From a virus: a stretch of 64,000 bases of DNA. This document shows, piece by piece, positions 28,230 through 38,520 of this stretch (position 1 is the first letter of the stretch; every line of letters begins with the position of its first letter). Location: the IMG/VR virus record IMGVR_UViG_3300025436_000002, positions 32,001-96,000 of that record; one strand, written 5' to 3'. The position numbers and the translations under genes were made by a program. Below the pieces are notes generated by a model. The model made no database searches and had not been told where the DNA came from. It saw only the letters and a list, made by a program, of their open reading frames with translations.

Positions 28230-28485
28230 CAACAACTTAGGTGAAAGAAGTTTAGCTCAAAGTAATGAAGTACTTTTAGAGCATTATACTAAAATAAGAG
28301 ATTTGGATCCTATTAGGTTGGTAGAGTATGGGTACAAGACTTATATATTTTATAAACGTGGAATAACTACTTACGGATATATGCACCTAGAAGGCAATCG
28401 AATTCAAGAGAGTTTTAAAATAGGGAAGAAGGATGTGCACACTAAAGGTATGACATCTAGTAGTCCTAGAAATGTAACTGAATGA
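28216..28485 (+). CDS. hypothetical protein (may extend to 28545 past an in-frame TGA)
   Basis: AAGGAG RBS; frame stays open 19 more codons after TGA 28483. Confidence 0.7.
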   Translation: MKINNNNLGERSLAQSNEVLLEHYTKIRDLDPIRLVEYGYKTYIFYKRGITTYGYMHLEGNRIQESFKIGKKDVHTKGMTSSSPRNVTE

Positions 28486-28537
28486 TATGAAGATGTCTTG
28501 AGGAGATTGACTGAACTTAAGTTACAGGAGTTTAGGA

Positions 28538-28678
28538 ATGGATAGGGATGGAATAGAGCTTAATTATCTAAGAAAGAAATTAAGCATGCTCGAAGAAGAA
28601 CTTAGACTTAAAGAAAAAGATTCAAAGAGAGTATTCAACAAGATACAAGAGTTGATAATGGAGATAGTAGGGAGGTAG
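28538..28678 (+). CDS. 46-aa coiled-coil hypothetical protein (below ORF-track cutoff)
   Basis: AGGAG RBS; MDRDGIELNYLRKKLSMLEEELRLKEKDSKRVFNKIQELIMEIVGR*. Confidence 0.7.
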   Translation: MDRDGIELNYLRKKLSMLEEELRLKEKDSKRVFNKIQELIMEIVGR

Positions 28679-28685
28679 TCAATCT

Positions 28686-29123
28686 TTGGTAAATAAAAAA
28701 GAAAAGTGTATAATAGTAGACTTTGATGGTACTTTGAGTGACTATAAATCTCGTGCTAAATGGAGAGATATTAATTTTCAAAAGTATATAGATCTCAGCT
28801 ATACAGACGTGCCTAATAAACCTGTGTTAGAAATCATGGAGAAATTCATGCTTAGTCATAGGATAGTTATACTTTCAGCCCGTCCTGAGTCAGCAAGGCA
28901 GGAGACAGAAGACTGGTTAGTTAGATATAGAATATACTATGACAAACTCATTCTTAAGAAGACAGGAGACGATCGAGAAGATAGTGTAATAAAACTGGAA
29001 CTAATTCAAAAAAGTATAATCCCAAACTTCGACATACTCTTTGCCATTGAAGATAGGATCTCAGTAGTCAATTTATTCAGAGAGAATGGCATATTTACCC
29101 TACATTGTGGAGAGGGATACTAG
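28686..29123 (+). CDS. HAD-family phosphatase (T4 polynucleotide kinase 3'-phosphatase-like)
   Basis: IVDFDGTL, LSARPE, TEDWL, DSVIK, EDR. Confidence 0.9.
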   Translation: MVNKKEKCIIVDFDGTLSDYKSRAKWRDINFQKYIDLSYTDVPNKPVLEIMEKFMLSHRIVILSARPESARQETEDWLVRYRIYYDKLILKKTGDDREDSVIKLELIQKSIIPNFDILFAIEDRISVVNLFRENGIFTLHCGEGY

Positions 29124-29139
29124 AAAGAATGAGAATAGA

Positions 29140-30600
29140 ATGTTAAAGTTAATAGATAGTATCACACTAAGAGACTATCAAGAGGACGCTATAAACTTCT
29201 CTACGAGTAGACCTGCATCCCTGATAAGCTTGTCTACAGGCACTGGAAAATCAATCTGTTTTATAAAATCCGCAATAGATTTGTTGAATAGGGGAGATGT
29301 TAAGAAAGCAATTGTATTTGGAACAAAGTCATCATGCCTAGAACTACATGATGAAATGCAAAGTAAAATAGAGTATGACGATGGAAGCTCATTTAAGCCT
29401 CTTCTAATATCTAGTGACGAGAGTCTTGAAGGTTTCTTTACAAATCCTGAGGAAGATGTTGCAATCATACAATATGAGAAGTTAACCTCTTTAGATTTGA
29501 GGACGTTGTTTAAAGGATTGAATAAATATCCCACAGCAGTCTACTGTGATGAATCACAACGTCTAAAAACGCCTACTGCGATGCTTACAAAGTGTTTTGT
29601 AGCTATAAGAAAACCTATAAAATATTTAACATTCTTAACAGCTACCCCCATTATGTCAAAATTAATTGATTTATTCTATCAAGTTCAGATACTTGACTCT
29701 AAAATCTTTAAGAATAGAACAGTATTTTCCTCAACATTTATAGAAGAGAAGATGGTTAAAAATTGGAAAACTGGAAGACAGTACCCCGAGATAGTAGGGT
29801 ACAAAAATTTAGAGCTCATGCGTGAGAAGATAAAACCCATATGTTTTGACTACTACCCTAAACAGGATACTGAGTACCTTGTCCATAAGTGTACTTTAAG
29901 TAATCCAAATGACTACATGACAGCTTCAGAAGGATTACTTAACTCAAAGGATGCTAAAACACACGGAGCAAGATTAGTAGATTTACAACATACTGTAGAT
30001 AAAGATAGGTCGAAGATTAAACTATACTTAGAAACTATAAAACCCTATCTTAAGACAGGACTTTTAACGTACGTACATTACCATGAAACTATGGACATGT
30101 TATCTAAGATATTTGATAAGTTGAATATAGATCATAGGAAGATAAATGGAACTGTTAGTACAAAGGAAAGACGTGAGATTAAAGAATGGTTTAACTCCGA
30201 CCCTTCCAATAAAGTATTACTGATAAGTGCAGCAGGCTCGACCTCACTTAATTTGCAGAGCGTGAATAACTTATTTTTCTATAACGTACCTCAAGGAATT
30301 GGAGCATTTTTACAAGCTAGGGGACGCATAGTCCGTTTGTTTAGCAAGCATCCTAATTTTAAGATACATTTTATAACAACTGAAATAGAACTAGGCGGGA
30401 AGTTAGTAGGAACAGTAGATGCCTACAAATATGAACTGGTATCCTCCTATAAACAACTCACAAACACGATACTTGAGGCTGATGAAATCCCAGAAGGCGA
30501 CCTCAAAAGTTTTAACAAAAATTTAATGGACAAAATTAGGAAGGCTAATCTTTGGGATGCTGGAACTAAGGGTAAGAAAGCTTTCAAAGGATTTGAGTAG
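29140..30600 (+). CDS. SF2 (SNF2-like) helicase
   Basis: LRDYQ, TGTGKS, DESQ, LTATP, SLNLQ, QARGRIVR; start probably 29140 rather than 29086. Confidence 0.9.
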   Translation: MLKLIDSITLRDYQEDAINFSTSRPASLISLSTGTGKSICFIKSAIDLLNRGDVKKAIVFGTKSSCLELHDEMQSKIEYDDGSSFKPLLISSDESLEGFFTNPEEDVAIIQYEKLTSLDLRTLFKGLNKYPTAVYCDESQRLKTPTAMLTKCFVAIRKPIKYLTFLTATPIMSKLIDLFYQVQILDSKIFKNRTVFSSTFIEEKMVKNWKTGRQYPEIVGYKNLELMREKIKPICFDYYPKQDTEYLVHKCTLSNPNDYMTASEGLLNSKDAKTHGARLVDLQHTVDKDRSKIKLYLETIKPYLKTGLLTYVHYHETMDMLSKIFDKLNIDHRKINGTVSTKERREIKEWFNSDPSNKVLLISAAGSTSLNLQSVNNLFFYNVPQGIGAFLQARGRIVRLFSKHPNFKIHFITTEIELGGKLVGTVDAYKYELVSSYKQLTNTILEADEIPEGDLKSFNKNLMDKIRKANLWDAGTKGKKAFKGFE

Positions 30601-30616
30601 AAATAACTTAAAGCAC

Positions 30617-30645
30617 TTGACTTATTAAGATACGTATGTTATAAT
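30617..30645 (+). promoter_or_regulatory. sigma70-type promoter
   Basis: TTGACT-N17-TATAAT with TG extension. Confidence 0.85.
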
Positions 30646-30668
30646 TCCTTACATAGGAGAAGGTAAAT

Positions 30669-31277
30669 ATGAATAATAACAGAAAGCTTAGAGAGACACC
30701 CGAAAATTATAAGATTAAAAGTTGTAGGGGCATATTAAAGCCTTATGATAAATTTATGGGTAAGATAACCCTTGAAGAATTTAATAAGTTCAAAGAAGCC
30801 ATCCCTAAGATAGATAATTTTATAATATACGGAAACGCCGATACACTTAATAAAGCAGGGATGCATATTATAAATCTTTGGTCAGGTTGTAGTAGAGAAC
30901 CTTTGAAATATACATTCGAGCAATTAGCAGAAGGTCTATTTTCTAAGAAATACGAGATATCAAGTGGTTTTTCAAATCCTCTACATCCTCTATTACTTAT
31001 CTACGTGAACTTAAACACTTCTCATTTGGGAAATGATAAACACATGACTTCAGTATTCCATAATAGATATGCAAATGGAAACAAAACAATAGTCCTCTGT
31101 GAGTTAAGAAATGCCTTGCCTTTTGTAAGAACTATCCCTTTTATGAAAGCTATTGATCTTTTCGAGGATAGTCCAAATACCGTAAGAAACGAGGATATGT
31201 CTTTAGAAACAAAAGAAGTATCCTTAGAAACTAGAACAACCTCGACTCAAGGTGATGGGTTTGTGCATGATGCATGA
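30669..31277 (+). CDS. hypothetical protein, possibly degenerate DnaC-like helicase loader
   Basis: Directly before DnaB; VFHNRYANGNKTIVL resembles the DnaC/IstB sensor region, but no Walker A/B. Confidence 0.45.
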   Translation: MNNNRKLRETPENYKIKSCRGILKPYDKFMGKITLEEFNKFKEAIPKIDNFIIYGNADTLNKAGMHIINLWSGCSREPLKYTFEQLAEGLFSKKYEISSGFSNPLHPLLLIYVNLNTSHLGNDKHMTSVFHNRYANGNKTIVLCELRNALPFVRTIPFMKAIDLFEDSPNTVRNEDMSLETKEVSLETRTTSTQGDGFVHDA

Positions 31278-31311
31278 TGATTATTAGTTATTTATAAGGG
31301 TATATTAATAT

Positions 31312-32772
31312 ATGAGTAATTTAGATAATAGAATATTTAATGCAGAAGAGCTTACTAAACTAGCTACTTTAGTTCTATCTAGTTTAGATAAAGTACACTC
31401 TCTTGATTCTATAAAAGAAACTATCACTTTGTTAGATTCTTCGCCTATTACATGGATGAGGGTTATCTTTGAAGACGCTATTTCTTTTCATAAAGAAGAA
31501 GGCAGGTTTCCAGATGCAGTTTACTTAGAAGCCAAACATCCGAATAAATTTTATGATCCAGAAATGCCCTATAGCCCTGATATATTTATACAGCTTACGA
31601 ACCAGCTTAAGAAACATAAACAACTTAAACAAATAATGGAGGCTATTAATAATCAGGATTTAGACGCAGTTCAGGATATTGTATCAGGAAACATAAAATG
31701 TAGAAATAAAAACCCTATAACAATAGACAGCGTTATATCTGGATATGCAGCAGCTAAACTAGCTCCTAAGGGCTTAAAGTTTGGAATACCTGACTTGGAT
31801 AGGTATACTAAGGGGCTAGACTACGGAACCTTAAATGTAGTAGCAGCACCTGTCGGAAGATTTAAAACTACATTTGCCCTGTCTATAGCTTACCGTGCTG
31901 CCGTAAAAGAAGGCAAAAAGGTACTGTATATAACCTTAGAAGTAACTACAATGAGGATATTTTATAATTTGATTGCTAGACATGCTCATGAGATAGGTTA
32001 TGATATAAAAGCAAGCCATATAAAGAAAACAATACTAACCCCAAAACAGGAGATACAATTAGAAAAGGCAGTTAAGGATTGGAAATCTAATGCTAAGGGT
32101 CAGATAACTGTTGTAGGTAGTGAAGATTTAGAGGAATGCACTCCTGCATACCTAGAGGCATTTATCCAAAAAAAGAAAGAGGAGATGGGTGGAGAACTAG
32201 ATCTAGTGGTTATCGATTATATAAATCTCTTTAAGAACAGAATTCCTCCTTCATTAAAACTAGATCAATACTCCGCACTTAACCATTACATTCAGTTTTT
32301 TACAGATTTGAGTATTCGGATGAATTTTATCTTGTTAATGTTATGTCAGGTTAGCAGGGCGGGAACTGAATTGTTAGAGAAACAAGGTGAGCAGGATGGG
32401 GGTAAAAAGTTAGCAAGTACTACCTATTTTGCAGAGGCTAACGAGATAGAAAGGTCTGCATCTGTAGCTTTGATACTGTATGCATCAAAAGCTCAGAAAA
32501 ATGCAGGAAATGTTGACATATTTATAGTTAAAAATAGAGATGGAGACACTCCTGAGAATCCTATAAATACAATAGTACTACCTGAGTATTTCTCAGTAGG
32601 TGTAGCCAAAAGCCAATTCCCAGAGATGGGAAATCCAGAAGCAATGGCAGAACTAATAACTAATCCAGCATCTTCTAAAACAACGGAAGAAATTATGGAA
32701 GAAGAACAGGATGCTGAGAACGTAGATGAGGAATACGATATGGATTTCGGCAGTATGGATTTTGAAGACTAG
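31312..32772 (+). CDS. dnaB: replicative DNA helicase (DnaB-like)
   Basis: AAPVGRFKTT, YITLE, VVIDY, CQVSR, IERSA, KNRDG. Confidence 0.93.
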   Translation: MSNLDNRIFNAEELTKLATLVLSSLDKVHSLDSIKETITLLDSSPITWMRVIFEDAISFHKEEGRFPDAVYLEAKHPNKFYDPEMPYSPDIFIQLTNQLKKHKQLKQIMEAINNQDLDAVQDIVSGNIKCRNKNPITIDSVISGYAAAKLAPKGLKFGIPDLDRYTKGLDYGTLNVVAAPVGRFKTTFALSIAYRAAVKEGKKVLYITLEVTTMRIFYNLIARHAHEIGYDIKASHIKKTILTPKQEIQLEKAVKDWKSNAKGQITVVGSEDLEECTPAYLEAFIQKKKEEMGGELDLVVIDYINLFKNRIPPSLKLDQYSALNHYIQFFTDLSIRMNFILLMLCQVSRAGTELLEKQGEQDGGKKLASTTYFAEANEIERSASVALILYASKAQKNAGNVDIFIVKNRDGDTPENPINTIVLPEYFSVGVAKSQFPEMGNPEAMAELITNPASSKTTEEIMEEEQDAENVDEEYDMDFGSMDFED

Positions 32773-33254
32773 TGTGTAATAATGAAATAGGTAAATTAGA
32801 TAAAAGACAGCTTAAAACTTTAATAGAAAGGCTGGTACCCTTTGAAGAGTTAACAGATGTTCATACGGGAAGACCTATAGATATTAAATTAGGTACTTGT
32901 TTTTGCTTATTTCATGATAATAAAAATAGTCCCGCAGCTAAATGGTTCCATGATGAGGATGGAATAACTAGATTACAGTGTTGGAGTTGTAATAAACAAT
33001 TTACATCCTATGACTACATTACAAAAATACAAGGACAAGACCCTTTGAAAATCATAGGCATGCAATTCACCGAGAAAGAGTTAAAAGATATCCTAAAGAT
33101 ACTCAGAGATACTGGAAGTTTCGATAAACATATAGATGATTTTTCAAAAGAAATTCATAATAAGTGGGTAGATAGTGATGAAGACTTATCTACATTTTTA
33201 GATGATCTGTATTTTGGGTATACGGTCAAAGAGGTTAGAGAGGAGATTAAATAA
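32772..33254 (+). CDS. primase zinc-binding (CHC2) domain protein, no TOPRIM domain
   Basis: CLFHDNKNSPA...CWSC; only 160 aa. Confidence 0.8.
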   Translation: MCNNEIGKLDKRQLKTLIERLVPFEELTDVHTGRPIDIKLGTCFCLFHDNKNSPAAKWFHDEDGITRLQCWSCNKQFTSYDYITKIQGQDPLKIIGMQFTEKELKDILKILRDTGSFDKHIDDFSKEIHNKWVDSDEDLSTFLDDLYFGYTVKEVREEIK

Positions 33255-36200
33255 TGGCATTAGATAATAAACTAGGGTATACTCACTTCTTTAGTGGACA
33301 AGTGCCTTTAGATTGGAATTGGGAGAGTAAGGCTAAGTTTAACCTCGTAACTAACGTACTCGAGTTACATCAGATACTCTCAGAAAATAAAGGTAAGACA
33401 ATGGCTGTGGATACCGAAACGACTGGATTGGATCTAGGCATGGACAAGGTAGTTGGATTTTCATTCTCTTTTGATGAATGGAAAGGTTACTATGTTCCTA
33501 TAAGACATGAAGAGGTTAGTCGGATAGAAACTGAAGTGCCTAAGATAGATAAAGAGGGTAACAAGGTTTTATACAAGAAAACGGGACTTCCTCAGATGAA
33601 GAAGATAACTCTTGAAGAGTACACTCCTTACAATTGCAATCTTGATCCTAAGGTAGCCTTAGATTTAATATATGAAACCATGCTCAACGCCAAGCTTGTT
33701 TTAATGCACAATGCTATTTTTGACAGCATGATGATAAAAAAAGAAGATTACGACATGTCAAAGATTAACTTATTTGATACTATGGTTTTGACCTATAATT
33801 CAGATACTAACGCCTCAGGTCAATTTGGTCTGAAACCTGCTTCTGAACTCTTCCTAGGCAGAAGAGCCCAGAAGTTCAAAGAGGTATTAGGAAAGTCTAA
33901 AACTTTTCAATATATAAACCCAACAGATTGCTTTGAGTATGCATGTTCGGATGCAATAAATACTTACGGACTGTTTAAAAAATTGTATCCTATGCTTAGA
34001 GCAGAAGGATGTGAAAGCATTCTTAAAATGGACAATGCTTTAGTTAAGTCTTTTATAAATTACTATACCTCAGTTCCTATTTATATCGATAAGAAGATAA
34101 TGAGAGAATATGAGGAAGAGATTTTAAGAAGAAAAAAAGATCTTGAGATGTCTATCTACAAGGCGGTAGGATACCCTTTTAACATAGCTTCAAAATCTAA
34201 CGAACTAGTAAAAGCGTTAGAAAGTATGGGGATAGATACAGGAGTAAAAACTGATGGAGGTAAGATGAGTACCTCCAAGGATTCCCTACTTGCAATATCA
34301 GATAAACATCCCATAGCAAAAGAACTTATAGAGTTAAGCGGTCTTGAGAAAGCTTTAAACACTTATATACATAAACTAGCCAATGCCAACTCAGTGTCCG
34401 ATGAGAATCCAGATGTAGGGATGTGTAGGGTAAACTATAAACTCTTCGGCACAGCCTCAGGAAGGCTTGCATCTGGAGGCGGAGCTAAGTCTAAGGTATT
34501 GGAGGATGATTACTTTATCAATTTGAATATTCAAAATCTGACCAAACCCAAACCAGCCATGTATAATGCTGTAAAAATATCTGATGATTTTAGAGAAGGT
34601 ATTTTAGGTTATAGATTTGATCTATTAGGAAAACCAGGAAGTAATGAAGTCAAAGAATTCATTACTAATAATAAAGATGCTTATATTATAGAAGGATTCT
34701 CCCCAGAGATCAATGTACGAAAAGCTATAAGAGTTAAAGATGATACTGAACTTATTGCCTCATTAGATTACAATGGGGAAGAGTTAAAGATCGCAGGGAT
34801 ATTATCAGGAGAGCCTAATTTTATAGAACCTTTCAGATTAGGTTTAGATGTTCACACAGAAATGGCTAAGAAGTTATTTGGAGAAGCTAACTATAATAAA
34901 GAGAAGAGAAAAGCAGCAAAAGTTTGTTTGGGGGATAACTCATTTGTTTTAACAAATAGAGGCTTGGTTAGACCTTACTCATTATTAAGCACGGATAAAA
35001 TAATAGATAGGTTTGAGAGAGAACAGGATTTTATTTATGCAGAGGATTTTTCGGATACTATTGAAGTGTTATATGATTCAGGCATAGTTGAGGAGTACAA
35101 GACAGATCACCCTGTCTTAACATGGGATGGAGATAAGACATCTTGGAAAAAAGTGGGAGATTTAACAGGTTTAGATCAAGTGTTAACTAGAACAAATATA
35201 CATAAAGGCAGTAGAACATCAAAAATAGTGAATCTTAAAGAGTACTATAAAAGAAAATTTAAGAACATGAAGGATACTTTAATAGATATGGCTACTCCAG
35301 AATTTGCATACATAGCTGGACTCTATTTAGGGGACGGGAGCATAGACTATAGTAACAAAGAAGATCATTATGTGGGAGTTACTTTAGGATGCTCGGATAA
35401 AGTATTAACTAGAGTATTACCTTACCTAAGTAGCTTGGGACTTGGAAAATTAACTCCCTACAAAGTTGGTAAGAACAAAGTACTAAATATATTAAAACTT
35501 AATAATAGACCTCTAGCAGAAGTGTTTGAAATTAATTTTGGCAGGAAGGAATCTAAAAAGATACCTGATTGGATATACACCCACTGGGATTCTGGATGTC
35601 TTACTAACTTTATTTCAGGTCTACTAGATTCAGATGGAACCCGAAAAGGGAATAGATTATTCTTTGGGAATAAGAACATGAATATCATAAATAACTTTGC
35701 ACTAACATGTTCTTTATTAGGAATAAAAACTAGGTATATAAAAGAAACACCTAAGTACAAAGGAATTCCGTTCGATTTTCACACTCTTGTATTATATGAA
35801 ATAGGAGACGTTAACCTAAATTTATCAAATGATTACAAGAATGTAACTAAGTCCAAGTACACTAATATAAGTTGGAATTGTACAAGTAAACTTGCTGATA
35901 TTTTACATAGTAAAGTATTTTCTATTCCTAAAACATCAAAGACTATTAGAGATAACATCTATAACATTAAGAAAAAGGGATGCGGGCTTACAAGAAATGT
36001 ACTAACTGAATTAGAATCGCTAGGGATAATCCTTGACATTAGTGGAGATTACCAACCCTCAAAAGTTATATCCAAAAAGATGGGTAATGGTAGAATACAC
36101 GCAATTCAGACTACACACAGGGAGTACGTAAGTTCTTGTATAGTTAGTCATAATTGTAACTTTGGGATGTTATACGGGGGAAGCCCGAATGTATTAAGGG

Positions 36201-36748
36201 CTGTAGCTGCTTCACAGGGGTTAATACTTTCAGAGAAAGAGTCTAAGGAATTATTTAATAAGTGGTGGAGAGCTAACTCAATCTTAAAATCATGGATACA
36301 GACTAACTTAGACTTAATCAAAGAAAATAACTTCACCGTTAAGGATATGTTTGGCCGACCAAGGAGAGTAAAATCATATCTTTGCTCAGAGGAGAAGGGA
36401 GTGTATAATTTTGGTTGTCGTAGTATCCCGTCGCATCAAATTCAAGGTTCTGGGTCTTCAATAATCCGTAGACTAACTATAAATTTGGAGAAAAAAGTAT
36501 TTAGCAACCCAGTTTATAAAGATAGAGCAAGGTTTATATCAGAAGTTCACGATGAAATGAATGTAGCTTTTAAGAAAGAAAATATAATAGATGATGTTAG
36601 GATGTTAGAAGATGAGATGATATATAAACCTAAAGGATCTCCAATTCCCATAGATTGTAGTATAGAGTTGGGTAACAATTTAGGAGAACTGTTTGGATTT
36701 GTGTGGGAAACATCTGAGAGATTGAAATTAATACCTAAGAGAGCTTGA
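33254..36748 (+). CDS. polA: family A DNA polymerase with 3'-5' exonuclease, interrupted by an intein
   Basis: VDTETTGL, HNAIFD, YACSD; TASGRLAS; motif A LDYNGEEL; motif B RKAAK..NFGMLYG; IQGS; motif C VHDE. Confidence 0.96.
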   Translation: MALDNKLGYTHFFSGQVPLDWNWESKAKFNLVTNVLELHQILSENKGKTMAVDTETTGLDLGMDKVVGFSFSFDEWKGYYVPIRHEEVSRIETEVPKIDKEGNKVLYKKTGLPQMKKITLEEYTPYNCNLDPKVALDLIYETMLNAKLVLMHNAIFDSMMIKKEDYDMSKINLFDTMVLTYNSDTNASGQFGLKPASELFLGRRAQKFKEVLGKSKTFQYINPTDCFEYACSDAINTYGLFKKLYPMLRAEGCESILKMDNALVKSFINYYTSVPIYIDKKIMREYEEEILRRKKDLEMSIYKAVGYPFNIASKSNELVKALESMGIDTGVKTDGGKMSTSKDSLLAISDKHPIAKELIELSGLEKALNTYIHKLANANSVSDENPDVGMCRVNYKLFGTASGRLASGGGAKSKVLEDDYFINLNIQNLTKPKPAMYNAVKISDDFREGILGYRFDLLGKPGSNEVKEFITNNKDAYIIEGFSPEINVRKAIRVKDDTELIASLDYNGEELKIAGILSGEPNFIEPFRLGLDVHTEMAKKLFGEANYNKEKRKAAKVCLGDNSFVLTNRGLVRPYSLLSTDKIIDRFEREQDFIYAEDFSDTIEVLYDSGIVEEYKTDHPVLTWDGDKTSWKKVGDLTGLDQVLTRTNIHKGSRTSKIVNLKEYYKRKFKNMKDTLIDMATPEFAYIAGLYLGDGSIDYSNKEDHYVGVTLGCSDKVLTRVLPYLSSLGLGKLTPYKVGKNKVLNILKLNNRPLAEVFEINFGRKESKKIPDWIYTHWDSGCLTNFISGLLDSDGTRKGNRLFFGNKNMNIINNFALTCSLLGIKTRYIKETPKYKGIPFDFHTLVLYEIGDVNLNLSNDYKNVTKSKYTNISWNCTSKLADILHSKVFSIPKTSKTIRDNIYNIKKKGCGLTRNVLTELESLGIILDISGDYQPSKVISKKMGNGRIHAIQTTHREYVSSCIVSHNCNFGMLYGGSPNVLRAVAASQGLILSEKESKELFNKWWRANSILKSWIQTNLDLIKENNFTVKDMFGRPRRVKSYLCSEEKGVYNFGCRSIPSHQIQGSGSSIIRRLTINLEKKVFSNPVYKDRARFISEVHDEMNVAFKKENIIDDVRMLEDEMIYKPKGSPIPIDCSIELGNNLGELFGFVWETSERLKLIPKRA
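34925..36154 (+). mobile_element. intein with LAGLIDADG homing endonuclease (410 aa)
   Basis: Starts CLGDNSFV, block B TDHPVL, YIAGLYLGDG and FISGLLDSDG, ends IVSHN followed by Cys; removal restores KAAKV-CNFG. Confidence 0.95.
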
Positions 36749-36763
36749 GTTTGTAACAAAATG

Positions 36764-36792
36764 TTGCAATGTGTAAAGATATATGTTATAAT
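36764..36792 (+). promoter_or_regulatory. sigma70-type promoter
   Basis: TTGCAA-N17-TATAAT with TG extension. Confidence 0.75.
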
Positions 36793-36830
36793 AATAGCAA
36801 AGACTACTATTTATTAATAAAGGAGAGGGC

Positions 36831-38246
36831 ATGGGTAAGTCAGAGAATAAGAAACTAAAAATTAACGAAGAGATTAGCAACTTTCTACTTTGGAGAGAAA
36901 CGAATTGTCCAGAGTTAAACTTTAAAAAATGTTGGGATAAAATACGGAAGATGAGGGATCACTATTGTCAAGGATTGCATGCATTCGATGATAAATGTCC
37001 ATCTTGGGTCTTTGAATTTGGATACAGTTCTCTTTACAATGAGATGGTAGCTAGAGGGCTTACAGGTAAGGGTAAGAAATCAAAGGTAGTAGAACAGGAA
37101 TCTGAAATAGGTCAATACATGTCTGAGGGAAACTGCACACTTCATTCATGGGAAGAAGCAGATGCCGAGGTAATCCTTGCCAATACTATTCTCCAGAAGA
37201 GAGTACAGAAACTTCAGGATACCGAAAGAATAAAGAACAAAGGTTGGAGGGAAAATAATAGGTTAGACAATGCTCTGGGGGAAGCTAACAAAGAGTTGGT
37301 TAAATTATTAGAGACCGTTAACCTATCTGAGAAAACAGTTTTCCATAAGGTAGAGTCTAGTACTGAGAAGATGGGACTGATACAACTCTCAGATATTCAC
37401 TTCAATGAGCTTATAAACCTAAAGAATAACAAGTATGATTTTAATATAGCCTCTCAAAGACTATACTTACTAGCCGAGAAATCAATATCATATTTTAAAA
37501 TGCAGGGCATTACTCATGTTGTTGTAGCTAGTACGGGAGATCTACTTAACAAGGATGATATTCTCGATAAACTTTTAAGTAACGCAACTAACAGAATGAA
37601 TGCTTGCTTATTAGCTACAAGTATATTATCTCAATTCTTACTACATCTTAATGCACATTTCAAAAAAATAACCTTCTGTGGAGTTACTGGCAACGAAACA
37701 AGAATGAGTAAGGACATAGCTTGGTCAGACCAAGTAGTAAGTGACAACTATGACTTAATGCTATACAACATGTTACGAGCTAGGTTTATGGGTTCAGAGT
37801 CTGTAGTATTCCATGTAGATGATCCGTTAGAGCAAGTTATAGAAGTAGCAGGTAATAATGTATTACTAATGCATGGACATCAATTAGGTAGAGACTTAGC
37901 AAACGGTGTTAAGAAGGCGGTAGCTAAGTATTCATATGAGGGAATTCAAATAGACTACGTACTAAGTGGGCATTTACATGAAGCTTATATTTCAGATAAC
38001 TATTCTAGAAGCTCAGGCATGTGTGGTCAAAATTCTTACTCAGATAAGGGATTACAACTTTCAGGTAGGGCTAGTCAAAACATAGGTATATTCTATAAGA
38101 ATAAGAATAGAGACATTATCAAAGTTGACTTACAGCATGTGGAAGGAGTTGAGGGATATACAGTTACAAAAGAATTAGAATCTTATAATGCTAAGAGTCA
38201 TGATAAACTATGTAAGAATAAGACGATATTTAAAATAGTAATTTAG
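36831..38246 (+). CDS. calcineurin-like metallophosphoesterase
   Basis: SDIH, GDLL, GNE, MHGH, GHLH motifs. Confidence 0.85.
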   Translation: MGKSENKKLKINEEISNFLLWRETNCPELNFKKCWDKIRKMRDHYCQGLHAFDDKCPSWVFEFGYSSLYNEMVARGLTGKGKKSKVVEQESEIGQYMSEGNCTLHSWEEADAEVILANTILQKRVQKLQDTERIKNKGWRENNRLDNALGEANKELVKLLETVNLSEKTVFHKVESSTEKMGLIQLSDIHFNELINLKNNKYDFNIASQRLYLLAEKSISYFKMQGITHVVVASTGDLLNKDDILDKLLSNATNRMNACLLATSILSQFLLHLNAHFKKITFCGVTGNETRMSKDIAWSDQVVSDNYDLMLYNMLRARFMGSESVVFHVDDPLEQVIEVAGNNVLLMHGHQLGRDLANGVKKAVAKYSYEGIQIDYVLSGHLHEAYISDNYSRSSGMCGQNSYSDKGLQLSGRASQNIGIFYKNKNRDIIKVDLQHVEGVEGYTVTKELESYNAKSHDKLCKNKTIFKIVI

Positions 38247-38265
38247 AGAAGGGGAAGATTAAGAC

Positions 38266-38505
38266 ATGGGTTTTCTAAACATTTTTAAAACATTAACGAC
38301 TAATATTAAAAAGGTTGTATCGAATTTTACATGTAATTCAGTAAGAATGGACCTCGAAAGAATACCTAAGGATACTAAACAGGCACTAGATAATCTAACA
38401 CCAGAAGCTACTGCATCCTTAATAGCCAGTAGGGACTCCTTGCTCACAGAGATCGAAAGAGTAGCAGACACTTCAGTTAAGAATACTTTGAATAAATTAG
38501 ATTAA
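38266..38505 (+). CDS. hypothetical protein
   Basis: ORF track; RBS. Confidence 0.7.
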   Translation: MGFLNIFKTLTTNIKKVVSNFTCNSVRMDLERIPKDTKQALDNLTPEATASLIASRDSLLTEIERVADTSVKNTLNKLD

Positions 38506-38520
38506 GAGGGGATTAAAAAC

